The notes below the pieces were generated by a model. The model was not told the origin of the DNA and ran no database searches. It saw nothing but the letters and a program-made list of their open reading frames with translations. From an uncultured Actinomycetota bacterium (GTDB lineage Bacteria > Actinomycetota > Geothermincolia > Geothermincolales > Geothermincolaceae), in contig CAZETE010000001.1 in NCBI GenBank assembly GCA_964515075.1, positions 34,623 to 98,622 of the forward strand: DNA of 64,000 nucleotides. Reading direction: 5' to 3'. Below, one piece after another: positions 46,686-55,526 of this stretch. A program made the translations under genes and the position numbers. The number at the start of each line of letters is the position of its first letter. The stretch's first letter is position 1.

Positions 46686-48843
46686 GCTTCAGCCCTCCCT
46701 TCCCGGCCTCCCGGCCGTCAGCCTCGTTTGACGCGTTCAAGTTGGAAAGGGCGGTACGGCCCCGGTCCCTCAGCTCCCCCATCTTGCCCCGGTTCCAGGT
46801 GGAGATCTTGGAGAAGTAGCCCACGATGCGGGTGATCCCGTAGACGTCGCCCGAGTCGCACAGCGGGCAGCGCTCGTGCAGCCCGCGTGAAGTGCGGCGG
46901 CAGTCGTTGCACACGGTGAACTCGGGCGAGAAGGCGATCTGGGAGGAACGGGTGTTGCGGAAGGTCTTCTCCACGAAGCTGCGGATGGAGCGGGGGTCCG
47001 GCTCGTGCTCGCCCAGCCAGATGTGGCAGATGGCCCCGGCGTCGATGAGCGGGTGGAAGAGGCTCTGCTTCTGGATGCGCTCGATGTAGTCGATGTCTTC
47101 TTCCACGTTCAGGTGGACGCTGTTGGTGTAGTAGAACTCCCCGCTCTCGAGGTTGCCCTTGATCACCCCGGCGGTCTGCTCCGGGAAGTACTTGGCGTCC
47201 AGCTTGGCCAGCCGGTAGCCGCTGGATTCGGCGGGAGACTCCTCCAGCACCAGCTGGATGCCGTACTGCTCGGAGAGGCGCTTGCAGGTCAGGTTCATGT
47301 GCGCGATGACCTTGAGCCCGAACTTCAAAGCGTCCTCCGATTCGTGCAGCTGCTTCCCGTAGTGGTGCTGCACCAGCTCGTTGAGGCCGAGGATGCCGGC
47401 CAGGTAGGTCAGGCGGTCCAGGCGCAGGTAGTCGTCGCCGTCCTTGGCGGCGCAGAGCATGGAGAGCGGTCCGGTGACCCCCAGGTCCAGCAGGCCGGCG
47501 ATGAAGGCCTTCTTCTGCAGGTGGGCCTTGGCCACCAGCTGCAGGGCCTTGTCCAGCTCGTTGAAGAGGAGCTCGTCGGAGCCGTTGGCCTTGAAGGCGA
47601 TGCGCGGCAGGTTGATGGTGATGTTCTGCAGAGCCGAGAAGCGCATCTTCTCCGGGGTCCTGGTCTCCTGGAGGTCCTCGTCCTTGAGCTTCAGCTTGAG
47701 CCGGCAGCACTGGGAGACGGTGATCTCGTCCCCCCGGTCGAAGACGAAGTAGGTGATGCCCTGATGCGCCGCCACCCTGCAGGCCAGGTCGAGGAACTCC
47801 TCGTGTCCCTCCGTGGAGAAGAAGTCCTCGCTGATGTGGAGCAGCGGCTTGGGGAAGACGAAGGTCTTGCCCATGGCGTCCCCCTCCAGGTAGACCTCGA
47901 AGAGCGCGGTGATGAAGGCCTGCATCTCCTGCTCGTAGTCCTTGTACTTCTTGCCGGTGTACCTGCCGCCCGGACCGATGGCCGGGGTCTCGCGGAAGTG
48001 CCGGGGGACGTTCCAGTACAGGTTGAAGTCGGTGAAGACCACCTGCGAGCCCCGCGCCCCGGCCAGCTGGTTGAACTCGTAGATGAGCATCTGGGCCAGC
48101 TGCTTGATGCGCGGGTACTCCAGGCCCGTGAGGAAGGGGGCGAAGAACATGTTCACCGCCTCCCAGCCGATGGCCCCGGCGTAATAGGACTGGAGGGTGG
48201 AGGCCATCTTGACCATGTGCCCGATGAGCACCTCGGGGTGCTTGGCCGGGCGGGAGGTGGAGGTGATGTTGGGCAGGGACAGCCCGTACTTCTTTATGTA
48301 CTCCAGGCTGTGCCCGCCGCAGTAGGGCCGGACGATGAAGCCCAGGTCGTGCAGGTGGATGTCCCCCACCATGTGGGCCTGGGCCACGTCCTCGGAGAAG
48401 ACCTTGCGCATGGCGTAGTCCTTGAGGATGGCCTCGGCCAGGGTCAAGTTGATGGATTCGGGGTTGTGGGTGGTGTTGCTGTTCTCCTTGTTGGCGTTGA
48501 GGATGATCTGCTCCACGTCGTACATGGGCAGCCCCAGCTGCGAGTGCTTCTTGTGCAGGGTGTTGTGGCCCCGCTTGAGCAGCTCCAGGTCCACCAGCTC
48601 GCGGATGATGGAGGTGGTTACGGTGTTCATCTTCGAGGAGACGATGGTCTGCTCCACCGCGCCGGCGATCTCCTCCGCCAGCGGCCGGGCCATCCCCGTC
48701 TCCAGCACCAGCGAGGTGACGATCTTCTCCGGGTCCCAGAGGTTTATCTCCTCCTTGGAATAAGTGCTGACGAGGAGGGCGATGTCCGTGGTGTCGCCCG
48801 CCGCGCCCGTCCTCTTCACTACCTTGATCTGACTGGCCCCCAT
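46675..48843 (-). CDS. nrdD: anaerobic ribonucleoside-triphosphate reductase (class III, glycyl-radical)
   Basis: ATG at 48843 after GAGGAGGTAGAC. N-terminal ATP-cone. C-terminal Zn-ribbon CNDC...CPLC. Glycyl-radical motif RIVGY near the C-terminus. Confidence 0.9.
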   Translation of the reverse strand: MGASQIKVVKRTGAAGDTTDIALLVSTYSKEEINLWDPEKIVTSLVLETGMARPLAEEIAGAVEQTIVSSKMNTVTTSIIRELVDLELLKRGHNTLHKKHSQLGLPMYDVEQIILNANKENSNTTHNPESINLTLAEAILKDYAMRKVFSEDVAQAHMVGDIHLHDLGFIVRPYCGGHSLEYIKKYGLSLPNITSTSRPAKHPEVLIGHMVKMASTLQSYYAGAIGWEAVNMFFAPFLTGLEYPRIKQLAQMLIYEFNQLAGARGSQVVFTDFNLYWNVPRHFRETPAIGPGGRYTGKKYKDYEQEMQAFITALFEVYLEGDAMGKTFVFPKPLLHISEDFFSTEGHEEFLDLACRVAAHQGITYFVFDRGDEITVSQCCRLKLKLKDEDLQETRTPEKMRFSALQNITINLPRIAFKANGSDELLFNELDKALQLVAKAHLQKKAFIAGLLDLGVTGPLSMLCAAKDGDDYLRLDRLTYLAGILGLNELVQHHYGKQLHESEDALKFGLKVIAHMNLTCKRLSEQYGIQLVLEESPAESSGYRLAKLDAKYFPEQTAGVIKGNLESGEFYYTNSVHLNVEEDIDYIERIQKQSLFHPLIDAGAICHIWLGEHEPDPRSIRSFVEKTFRNTRSSQIAFSPEFTVCNDCRRTSRGLHERCPLCDSGDVYGITRIVGYFSKISTWNRGKMGELRDRGRTALSNLNASNEADGREAGKGGLKLVS

Positions 48844-48862
48844 GTCTACCTCCTCGATATCC

Positions 48863-49324
48863 TCACTTATCGGTTTTCTTGGTGAGCTCTCCCAACTCCT
48901 CCTGGAACTGGGAGACGTCCTTGAAGTCCTTATAGACCGACGCAAAGCGCAGATAGGCTACTTCGTCGATCTCCTTGAGCTTCTTGAGGACTATCATACC
49001 TATGGCCACCGACTTAATCTCCAGCTCGCCCCGCGCTCGCAGCTCCGCCTCTATCCCTTCCATGGCCTCCTCCACCTTCTGCCGACTGGCCGGGCGTTTC
49101 TCGAAGGCCTTGACCAGGCCGGCCACGACCTTCTCGCGCTTGTAGGGCACCCGCTCCCCGCTGCGCTTGATGACCATCGCCGGTATCTGCTCATATCTTT
49201 CGAAGGTGGTGTAGCGCGATCTGCAGTCGAGGCATTCCCGCCTCCGCCTGATCACGTTGCCCCCCTCGGAGGAGCGGGAATCAACGACCCTGCTGTCCCG
49301 GTGGCCGCAGAAAGGACACTTCAT
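48863..49324 (-). CDS. nrdR: transcriptional repressor NrdR
   Basis: MKCPFCGH...CLDC zinc ribbon plus ATP-cone; 153 aa. Confidence 0.9.
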   Translation of the reverse strand: MKCPFCGHRDSRVVDSRSSEGGNVIRRRRECLDCRSRYTTFERYEQIPAMVIKRSGERVPYKREKVVAGLVKAFEKRPASRQKVEEAMEGIEAELRARGELEIKSVAIGMIVLKKLKEIDEVAYLRFASVYKDFKDVSQFQEELGELTKKTDK

Positions 49325-49375
49325 GCCGTCTTCTCCCTTCGACCTTCACCCCTACATCTTGTGGCTTACGCATTA

Positions 49376-49403
49376 ATATTAGCACAACATATGGGCATGT
49401 CAA
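49376..49403 (-). promoter_or_regulatory. sigma70-type promoter of the nrdR-nrdD-grx-nrdG operon (TTGACA-16-TAATAT) with two NrdR-box-like AT-rich dyads
   Basis: On the minus strand: TTGACA (49398-49403), a 16-nt spacer CCCATATGTTGTGC, then TAATAT (49376-49381). A second CACAAGATGTAGG element lies at 49351-49364. The two elements are ~31 bp apart centre to centre. Confidence 0.5.
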
Positions 49404-49724
49404 GGGTATTTCGGCTGATTTTCCGGGGTAATTTCCAGAAAAAGCCAAAGTCTTGATTTATACTGAAGGCTGTTCTTGAACCATTGGTATAAAGTTAATG
49501 GATGAATTGAGCATTAACATTCAGAACTGGAGTACAGGATGAGGATGCCGATTCGGGCGACTAACGCTGTCTGCCTGCGTAAACCCTTAATCGAACTGCG
49601 GAACGGGCAGTCGGCAAGCGCCTGCCCGTCATGGCGCGGATGCACGGGCGTATAGCCTGAAGAAATCGTTGAGGGATTTGCGGGCTCCCCTCACGTCGAT
49701 TACGGACTCTATACCTCGACTAAA

Positions 49725-49774
49725 GGCATTTTGCCGGGCCCGGCAAGGGGAAGGGCCCGCCGGGGGGCGGGCCC
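49725..49774 (-). terminator. GC-rich hairpins downstream of the DUF1858 gene (candidate intrinsic terminator)
   Basis: Minus strand: GGGCCCGCCCCCCGGCGGGCCC, then TTCCCCTT, then GCCGGGCCCGGC, then AAAATGCCTTT. There is no clean U-tract. Confidence 0.35.
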
Positions 49775-49801
49775 TGAAGGCATTGCGCAGTCGGGACGCT
49801 C

Positions 49802-49999
49802 CTACTTCTCCGCCTCGGCCTGGTTGAGCGCCTTGACCAGTCCGTCAACATCGATGCCGTGGGCCAGGGCCCCCTGCTCGATGTTCTCGTAACGGGCCAC
49901 GGAGCATCCGACGCAGTGCAGTCCGTGCTCCAGGAAGACCCTGACGGTCTGCGGGTTGTTCTGGACCACTTCCTGGATGGTCATGTCCTTGGTGATCAT
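49802..49999 (-). CDS. DUF1858 domain protein (hybrid-cluster-protein-associated redox disulfide protein-like)
   Basis: 65 aa. CVGC motif and the conserved DUF1858 layout (IQEVVQNNPQTVRVFLEHGLHCVGC). Confidence 0.65.
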   Translation of the reverse strand: MITKDMTIQEVVQNNPQTVRVFLEHGLHCVGCSVARYENIEQGALAHGIDVDGLVKALNQAEAEK

Positions 50000-50071
50000 A
50001 CGGCTTCCTCCTCTCCTGCGGGTCGCCCCGGCGATTTTACCCTCCTAGGATAATCTCCGCCGCGCCCTGCG

Positions 50072-50446
50072 TCAATGATCGGGAAGGCCTTCGCCGGCGG
50101 CGGGCTCGATGCCGTACTTCACGAGCAGCGCCCGGTAATCCTTCTGGTAGAAGACCTTGCACTTGATCTCGGGGTAGAGCTCCTTGAGCCGCCGGACCTT
50201 CTTGTTCTTCTTGGTCACCAGCTTCTGGTTGAGGGTGGTGAGTTCGATGTACTGGTCGTAATCGGGAAGGTAGAAGTCGGGGGTGAACTTCTGCACCGGC
50301 CTGCCGGACTTGTCCCAGGCGATATCGAAGGAGCGGGGCTCGTACAGCCAGGCGATCTGATAGAAATCGAGGATGCGGGCGAACTCCTGTTCGCTGCGGT
50401 GGGCGAATCTGACCTCGTCCCACTTGCGGTAAACGGGCTCCTCCAT
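50072..50446 (-). CDS. hypothetical protein (possible PD-(D/E)xK-like fold)
   Basis: ATG at 50446 after GGGGAAGG. 124 aa; PDFYLPDYDQYIELT segment. No confident family. Confidence 0.45.
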   Translation of the reverse strand: MEEPVYRKWDEVRFAHRSEQEFARILDFYQIAWLYEPRSFDIAWDKSGRPVQKFTPDFYLPDYDQYIELTTLNQKLVTKKNKKVRRLKELYPEIKCKVFYQKDYRALLVKYGIEPAAGEGLPDH

Positions 50447-50457
50447 GCCTTCCCCGA

Positions 50458-51501
50458 TCAGCCGAAATCCTTCTTCTTGCGGGACATCTCCTCCAGCTTG
50501 GCCAGCTGGTCGACGGTGCCGATGGCGATGAGCGAATCCCCCGCCTCGAGCCTTAAGCCCTTGGGCGGCTTGGTGTTGAAGCCGCCGCCCTTTTTCTTCA
50601 CCGCCAGGATCAGGGCGCCCGAGACGGAGTAGATCTTGGCCTCCTCGATGGTCGGGCCGTCCAGGAAGGATTGGGCATAGATCTCCACGTCGTCCAAGCG
50701 CCATTCCAGGCTCTCCACGTTGAACTCGATGTAGTCACCCCGCGTCACCAGGTCTAGGTAGTCCCAGACCAGCGGCTTGAGCAGCATGGCCGCCATGCGG
50801 TGGCCGCCGATGGAGTGCGGGGAGATGACCCGGTCGGAACCGGCACGGCGCAGCTTGGGCTCGGACTCCTCGTTGTTGCAGCGCGAGACGATGAAGAGGT
50901 GGGGGCAGAGCTCGCGGGCGGTGAGGGTGACGTAGAGGTTCTCGGCGTCGGAGGAGAGCGCCGTCACCAGCCCCTTGGCCCGCTCGATGCCCGCCGCCCG
51001 CAGGGTCTCGTCGTCGGTGGCGTCGCTCTTGATCACGGTGAAGCCCATCTCCAGGGCCGCATCCGCCACCTCCAGGTCCTTTTCGATGACCACGAAACTG
51101 ACGCCGGCCCCGGAGAGGTCCATGGCGATATACTGGCCCACCCTGCCGTATCCGCAGAGTATGTAGTGTCCGAGCAGGTTGTCAATCTCTTTCCTCATCT
51201 TCCTCCTCCCCATGAGTCCGGACATGCGCCCCTCCACCATGAACTCGACCGTGCTGGCCAGGGCATAGGCCACGGTGCCCACGCCCGCGAGGACCAGGAG
51301 GATGGTGAAGATCCTCCCGTCGGTATTGAGGGAGAAGGTCTCGCCGTAGCCGATGGTGGTCAGGGTGATGATGGTCATGTACAGCGCGTTCAGGAAGTTC
51401 TGCTCCTCGATGAGCATGTAGCCTAGCGTGCCGACGGTGATGATCGCCGCCAACAGGAGCAGGGCGTTCCTCAGCTTTCGCAAGGATTGCTGCAACGGCA
51501 C
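50458..51501 (-). CDS. potassium channel protein (2-TM pore with TIGYG filter plus RCK/TrkA-N and TrkA-C domains)
   Basis: GTG start. Selectivity filter TTIGYGE; NAD-binding-like GYGRVG. Confidence 0.8.
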   Translation of the reverse strand: MPLQQSLRKLRNALLLLAAIITVGTLGYMLIEEQNFLNALYMTIITLTTIGYGETFSLNTDGRIFTILLVLAGVGTVAYALASTVEFMVEGRMSGLMGRRKMRKEIDNLLGHYILCGYGRVGQYIAMDLSGAGVSFVVIEKDLEVADAALEMGFTVIKSDATDDETLRAAGIERAKGLVTALSSDAENLYVTLTARELCPHLFIVSRCNNEESEPKLRRAGSDRVISPHSIGGHRMAAMLLKPLVWDYLDLVTRGDYIEFNVESLEWRLDDVEIYAQSFLDGPTIEEAKIYSVSGALILAVKKKGGGFNTKPPKGLRLEAGDSLIAIGTVDQLAKLEEMSRKKKDFG

Positions 51502-51584
51502 CGTCCTTACCGGTTAAGGGCCACACGACAGCGGCCGCCAGGCCCGCGTCCCCCTCCGGGCCGACACCCGCGCCCCCGGGCCCT

Positions 51585-52058
51585 TCAGCCCTCGAAATCC
51601 TCCGGCTTGACACTGTCTAGGAAGTCACGGAAGCGCTCGATCTCCTCCTCGTCGTCGGTCTGGATGAAGACGCTGGCTTCCGAAAGAACCTGCTCGGAGG
51701 CGAAGATGGGGACCTCCATGCGCACCGCCAAAGCGATGGCGTCGCTGGGGCGGGCGCTGATCTCGTAGGCCCTCCTGCCCTGTTCGAAGGTCACGTCGGC
51801 GTAGAAGGTGCCCTCCTTCAAGTCGGAGATGACCACCTTCTTCATGGACACCGAAAGGTCGTCCAGGATGTTCTTCATCAAGTCGTGGGTCATGGGACGG
51901 GCCGTCTCGATGCCCTGCAGGGCGAAGGCGATGGCGGTGGCCTCGAAGGCGCCTATCCAGATGGGCAGGAAGCGCTCGCCCTTCCTCTCCTTGAGCAGGA
52001 CGATGGGCTGGTTGGCGGGCAGCTCCACCCGCACCCCGATCAGCGTCAACTCGATCAT
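51585..52058 (-). CDS. bifunctional nuclease family protein (DUF151/BFN domain)
   Basis: The ATG start MIELTLIGVRVEL (aa 15 of the ORF, which opens at a TTG) matches the conserved BFN N-terminus. PIWIGAFEATAIA motif and a UVR-like C-terminus. Confidence 0.75.
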   Translation of the reverse strand: MIELTLIGVRVELPANQPIVLLKERKGERFLPIWIGAFEATAIAFALQGIETARPMTHDLMKNILDDLSVSMKKVVISDLKEGTFYADVTFEQGRRAYEISARPSDAIALAVRMEVPIFASEQVLSEASVFIQTDDEEEIERFRDFLDSVKPEDFEG

Positions 52059-52134
52059 ATCCAAGCCGGACCCCTCTCCAAGACTCCGTCGATATATCAA
52101 TTATTCTCTGTTTGCGCGCTTTCACCTACCAACA

Positions 52135-52764
52135 TTATATTTCATTGCCGGGGGATTTTATACTCGAGGAGCCGCCGCCGGGAGGGGGCGCGCCGGGCCC
52201 AGGGCCTTCGAGGGGGCGGATGAGGGGGTCCTGCTTGAGGCGGCGGATGTCCGGGAGGTTGCGGTAGAGCTCGTCCAGGTCGAGGCCGTAGCCGACGACG
52301 AAGCGCTCGTCGACCTCGAAGCCGCGGAAGCGCACCTCGAGGTCGGCGATGCGGCTGCGCTCCCTGTCCAGCAGGGTGCACACCTCGAGGGAGCGGGGGC
52401 CCCTCTCCTTGAGGACCCTGAGGATGTACCCGAGGGTCAGGCCGGTATCTATGACGTCCTCGACCATCAGCACGTCCTTGTCGCGGATGCTTGAGGAGAG
52501 GTCCCGGGTCAGCCTGACGGTTCCGCTGGAGCCGCGTTCCTGGGCATAGCTGGAGATGGCCATGAAGTCGACGGAGAGCGGGAGGTCGATGCGCCTGATC
52601 AGGTCGGCCAGGAAGATGAAGCTCCCCTTGAGGATGGTCACCAGGGTTATTGCGGCAGACCCTCTGGAGGCGTAGTAGTCGGAGATGTCCCGCCCCAGCT
52701 CGGCGGTGCGCCGGGCTATCTCCTCCCGGGTGATCAGGGGCTCGGAGAAGGCGCTCAAGTCCAC
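52135..52764 (-). CDS. hpt: hypoxanthine phosphoribosyltransferase
   Basis: GTG at 52764 after CCGGGAGGG. PRPP-binding VLMVEDVIDTGLTL. ~25-aa Pro/Gly-rich C-terminal extension. Confidence 0.8.
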   Translation of the reverse strand: MDLSAFSEPLITREEIARRTAELGRDISDYYASRGSAAITLVTILKGSFIFLADLIRRIDLPLSVDFMAISSYAQERGSSGTVRLTRDLSSSIRDKDVLMVEDVIDTGLTLGYILRVLKERGPRSLEVCTLLDRERSRIADLEVRFRGFEVDERFVVGYGLDLDELYRNLPDIRRLKQDPLIRPLEGPGPGAPPPGGGSSSIKSPGNEI

Positions 52765-54191
52765 CGGAGCCCTCCCGGCATCGTCAGGGCCCCGGGGACC
52801 AGGAAGCCCAGGATCCTGCCGGCCGCCGCGAAGATCGACGCGATGAACGCCCAGGCCCGCCCGGCCGGTCCCGGCGACGGTGCCGCCTCCTGTGCCTCCA
52901 GGGCCACCACCACGGGGGTGCCGTCCGGGTTCACCGTCAGGGAGCCCAGGGCCTGGCCGTCCTCGACCGGGTAGTCCGCCCACGCGCGGTACTCCATGGC
53001 CCCGGACATCGCCGCGTTCAGGCGGTCCAGGCGCACCGTCCTGACCAGGTCGGCGGGGGAGGCGACCGAGACCTCGCCCCCCGGCAGGTTGCCCACCTTG
53101 ATGCGGAAGAGCTCCTCGCCCGCCCGCGCGTAGACCACCCTGCAGAAGCTGACCATGCCGTAGTCGAGCAGGGCGGCGCAGTCCTCAAAGAAGTCCTCTC
53201 CCCCGTTGAGGACCACGGCGATCAGCCGCCTGCCTTCCGCTTCGGCCGACCCCACCACGCAGAGGCCGGCCGGGACGGTATAGCCGGTCTTGATCCCGGT
53301 GGCCGAGGGATACATTCCCAGGAGGCGGTTGTGGTTGGTCGCCACCCGGGGCCACTCGTTGCCGGGGGACGGCGGCAGCTGGTACTCGTCGGTGACCACG
53401 ATCTTTCGGAACTCCGGGTTGTCCATGCAGTAGGAGGCGATGGCCGCCAGGTCGCGGGCGGTGGTGCGGTGGCCCGGGGCGTCCAGGCCGCTGGGGGTGA
53501 CGAAGTTGGAAGAGGTGGCCCCCATCTCCGCGGCGCGCTCGTTCATGAGCTCGGAGAAGGCCTCCACCGAGCCCGAGACCTTCTCGGCCAGGGCCACGGC
53601 GGCGTCGTTGGCGGAGCGCAGGAGCAGGGCGTAGAGGAGTTGTTCCACCGTAAGGGTCTCGCCCTCCTGCAGCCAGATCGACTGCTCGGGGGTGGCGGCG
53701 GCCCTCTTGCTGATCAGCACCCGTTCGGAGAGGGAGCAGCGCTCCAAGGCGATGATGCCGGTGAGGATCTTGGTGGTGGAGGCGTTGGGCAGCGGCTCGT
53801 CCGCGTTGTCCTCGAAGAGGACCTGTCCGGAATCGGGGTCGACCAGGATGGAGGAGCGCGCGGTTATCTGCGGCGGCGTCACCCGCTGCGGCGCCGCGGC
53901 CAGCAGGGCTTGAAGATCGTCGCGGTTGGCGGCGGGGAGTTCCACCGTGCGCACGGCCTCATCGCCCCGGAAGCCAATGGCCTCAAAGGCCGCCGTCAGC
54001 AGGCACAGGGCGAAGAAGCAGGCCAGGCAGAGCAGGGTCGCGGCGGCGACCCTGCGGCGGCGGCGGGCGGCCGCTCCCCTCGCGCGGCGGGCTCGAGCCC
54101 GCCGCTCCTCCACCCGTTTCCGGGCCGCCTCCATCCTCTCCTGCGCTCCCGCCCGGGCGGGATAAGGCCTCTGTTCGCGTTCCATGGTCAT
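52755..54191 (-). CDS. D-alanyl-D-alanine carboxypeptidase (serine-type, PBP5/DacB-like) with basic cytoplasmic tail and TM anchor
   Basis: SxxK active site NASTTKILT; SGN-like and KTG (GIKTGYT) motifs. The 3' end overlaps the hpt start by 10 nt. Confidence 0.8.
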   Translation of the reverse strand: MTMEREQRPYPARAGAQERMEAARKRVEERRARARRARGAAARRRRRVAAATLLCLACFFALCLLTAAFEAIGFRGDEAVRTVELPAANRDDLQALLAAAPQRVTPPQITARSSILVDPDSGQVLFEDNADEPLPNASTTKILTGIIALERCSLSERVLISKRAAATPEQSIWLQEGETLTVEQLLYALLLRSANDAAVALAEKVSGSVEAFSELMNERAAEMGATSSNFVTPSGLDAPGHRTTARDLAAIASYCMDNPEFRKIVVTDEYQLPPSPGNEWPRVATNHNRLLGMYPSATGIKTGYTVPAGLCVVGSAEAEGRRLIAVVLNGGEDFFEDCAALLDYGMVSFCRVVYARAGEELFRIKVGNLPGGEVSVASPADLVRTVRLDRLNAAMSGAMEYRAWADYPVEDGQALGSLTVNPDGTPVVVALEAQEAAPSPGPAGRAWAFIASIFAAAGRILGFLVPGALTMPGGLRWT

Positions 54192-54306
54192 ATATATTAG
54201 GCGTCGGGCGGGGAATTATCCAGAAGCGGTCATGGCTGAGGGGCGAGGCCGGCCGGCCCGGGGCCGGCCGGGGGGCCAGAACCGGTGCGGCCGGGGGGTC
54301 GCCGCG

Positions 54307-55047
54307 CTAGAACAGCGGCCTGTAATCGAGCTGCTTCAAGTAGGGCTTGACCCGGTTCTTCAGCAGCAGGTCCTTGAGCTCCCGGCTGAGGCTGGTCAGC
54401 TGGATGAGGTTCTCCACGGCCGCCCGCCTGGCCTCCGGGTCCTTCTGGCGCAGCAGCGGGTAGATGATCCCCTCCAGGAACTCATCCTCCTTGTCCGTCA
54501 GGTTCTTGTACATCTTGAGGTGGCGGGGCTCGATGCCGTAGCGGAGGAAGTCGTTGGCCAGCCGGATGATCTTGACGTCCTCCTTCTCGTAGTACTCGCC
54601 GTCCTCCCCCTGGTGGGAACAGATCAGCCGGTACTCCTCGAGTTCCGTGGCGAAGGAGGCGGGGACGTTGAGCGCTTCCTCCAGGTCCGCCTTGAGCACC
54701 ACGGTCTCGTCGGTCATCTCGTCCTCCCGCAGCAGGGGGGCGTCATCGAGGTAGCCGGCGGAGAGGTCGGACGCCTTGATGCGGCCGCTCTCTATCTCCT
54801 TGAGCTTCTCCTTGATGACCTTCAAGGGGAGGTAGCGCTCCTTCTGCAGGCGGAGGATGAAACGGAGGCGCTGCTCGTCCGACCTGGAGTACTTGCGGTA
54901 GCCGCTGGGCGTCCGTTCCGGCTGCAGCAGCCCCTCCGTCTCCAGGAAGCGGATCTTGGAGATGGTCAGGTCGGGAAACTCGCCGTTGAGCGACTTGAGG
55001 AGCTCCCCGATGCTGACCAGGTCCTTGCGCTTTTCCGTTTCCGCCAT
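54307..55047 (-). CDS. MerR family transcriptional regulator
   Basis: N-terminal MerR HTH (VSIGELLKSLNGEFPDLTISKIRFLETEGLL). Positional equivalent of M. tuberculosis Rv1828, next to the FHA protein. Confidence 0.8.
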   Translation of the reverse strand: MAETEKRKDLVSIGELLKSLNGEFPDLTISKIRFLETEGLLQPERTPSGYRKYSRSDEQRLRFILRLQKERYLPLKVIKEKLKEIESGRIKASDLSAGYLDDAPLLREDEMTDETVVLKADLEEALNVPASFATELEEYRLICSHQGEDGEYYEKEDVKIIRLANDFLRYGIEPRHLKMYKNLTDKEDEFLEGIIYPLLRQKDPEARRAAVENLIQLTSLSRELKDLLLKNRVKPYLKQLDYRPLF

Positions 55048-55049
55048 GG

Positions 55050-55526
55050 CTACCCCTTCGCGCCGCCCTGGAAGAAGAGCATGCGGAACTTGCCGATCTG
55101 GACCTCGTCGCCGTTCTTCAACGACGACCTGTCGATTCGCTCCTTGTTGACGTAGGTGCCGTTGAGCGAGCCGATGTCCACGATCTCGTATCCCCGGTCG
55201 GTCAGGCGGATCTCGGCGTGGCGGCGCGACACGGTGATGTCGTCCAAGAAGATGTCGCTCTCGGGATGGCGGCCGGCCGTGGTGACGTCCTTGGCGACCT
55301 GGAAGCGGGCACCGGCATCCGGGCCTTTCTTGATGATCAGCACCACTTCGCCGGAACGCAGCGAGGCGGAGGGGGGGGTGATCTCGATCTCGTCCCCGCC
55401 CTCAACCTCAATCACAGGTAAACCCGTGGTCGGGTCCAGGGGACCTCCGGAGCCCTGCGCGGAGCCGCAGACATTGCAGTACCTGCTCTCTGCAGTCAGT
55501 TGCGCACCGCACCTTTCGCACTTCAT
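55050..55526 (-). CDS. FHA domain-containing protein with N-terminal zinc ribbon (GarA/OdhI-like)
   Basis: CxxC...CxxC at the N-terminus. FHA core GRHPESDIFLDDITVSRRHAEI...GSLNGTYVN. Confidence 0.8.
   Translation of the reverse strand: MKCERCGAQLTAESRYCNVCGSAQGSGGPLDPTTGLPVIEVEGGDEIEITPPSASLRSGEVVLIIKKGPDAGARFQVAKDVTTAGRHPESDIFLDDITVSRRHAEIRLTDRGYEIVDIGSLNGTYVNKERIDRSSLKNGDEVQIGKFRMLFFQGGAKG

Noticed and set aside
49404-49724. Possible cobalamin riboswitch upstream of the nrd operon
   Set aside because: I found no B12-box (GCCACTG) or the conserved GGTGC…AATCC core on either strand by eye. It is kept only as an unexplained structured spacer.
50075-50632. 185-aa plus-strand ORF
   Set aside because: Antisense to the 124-aa hypothetical gene and the 3' end of the K+ channel gene. 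No domain.
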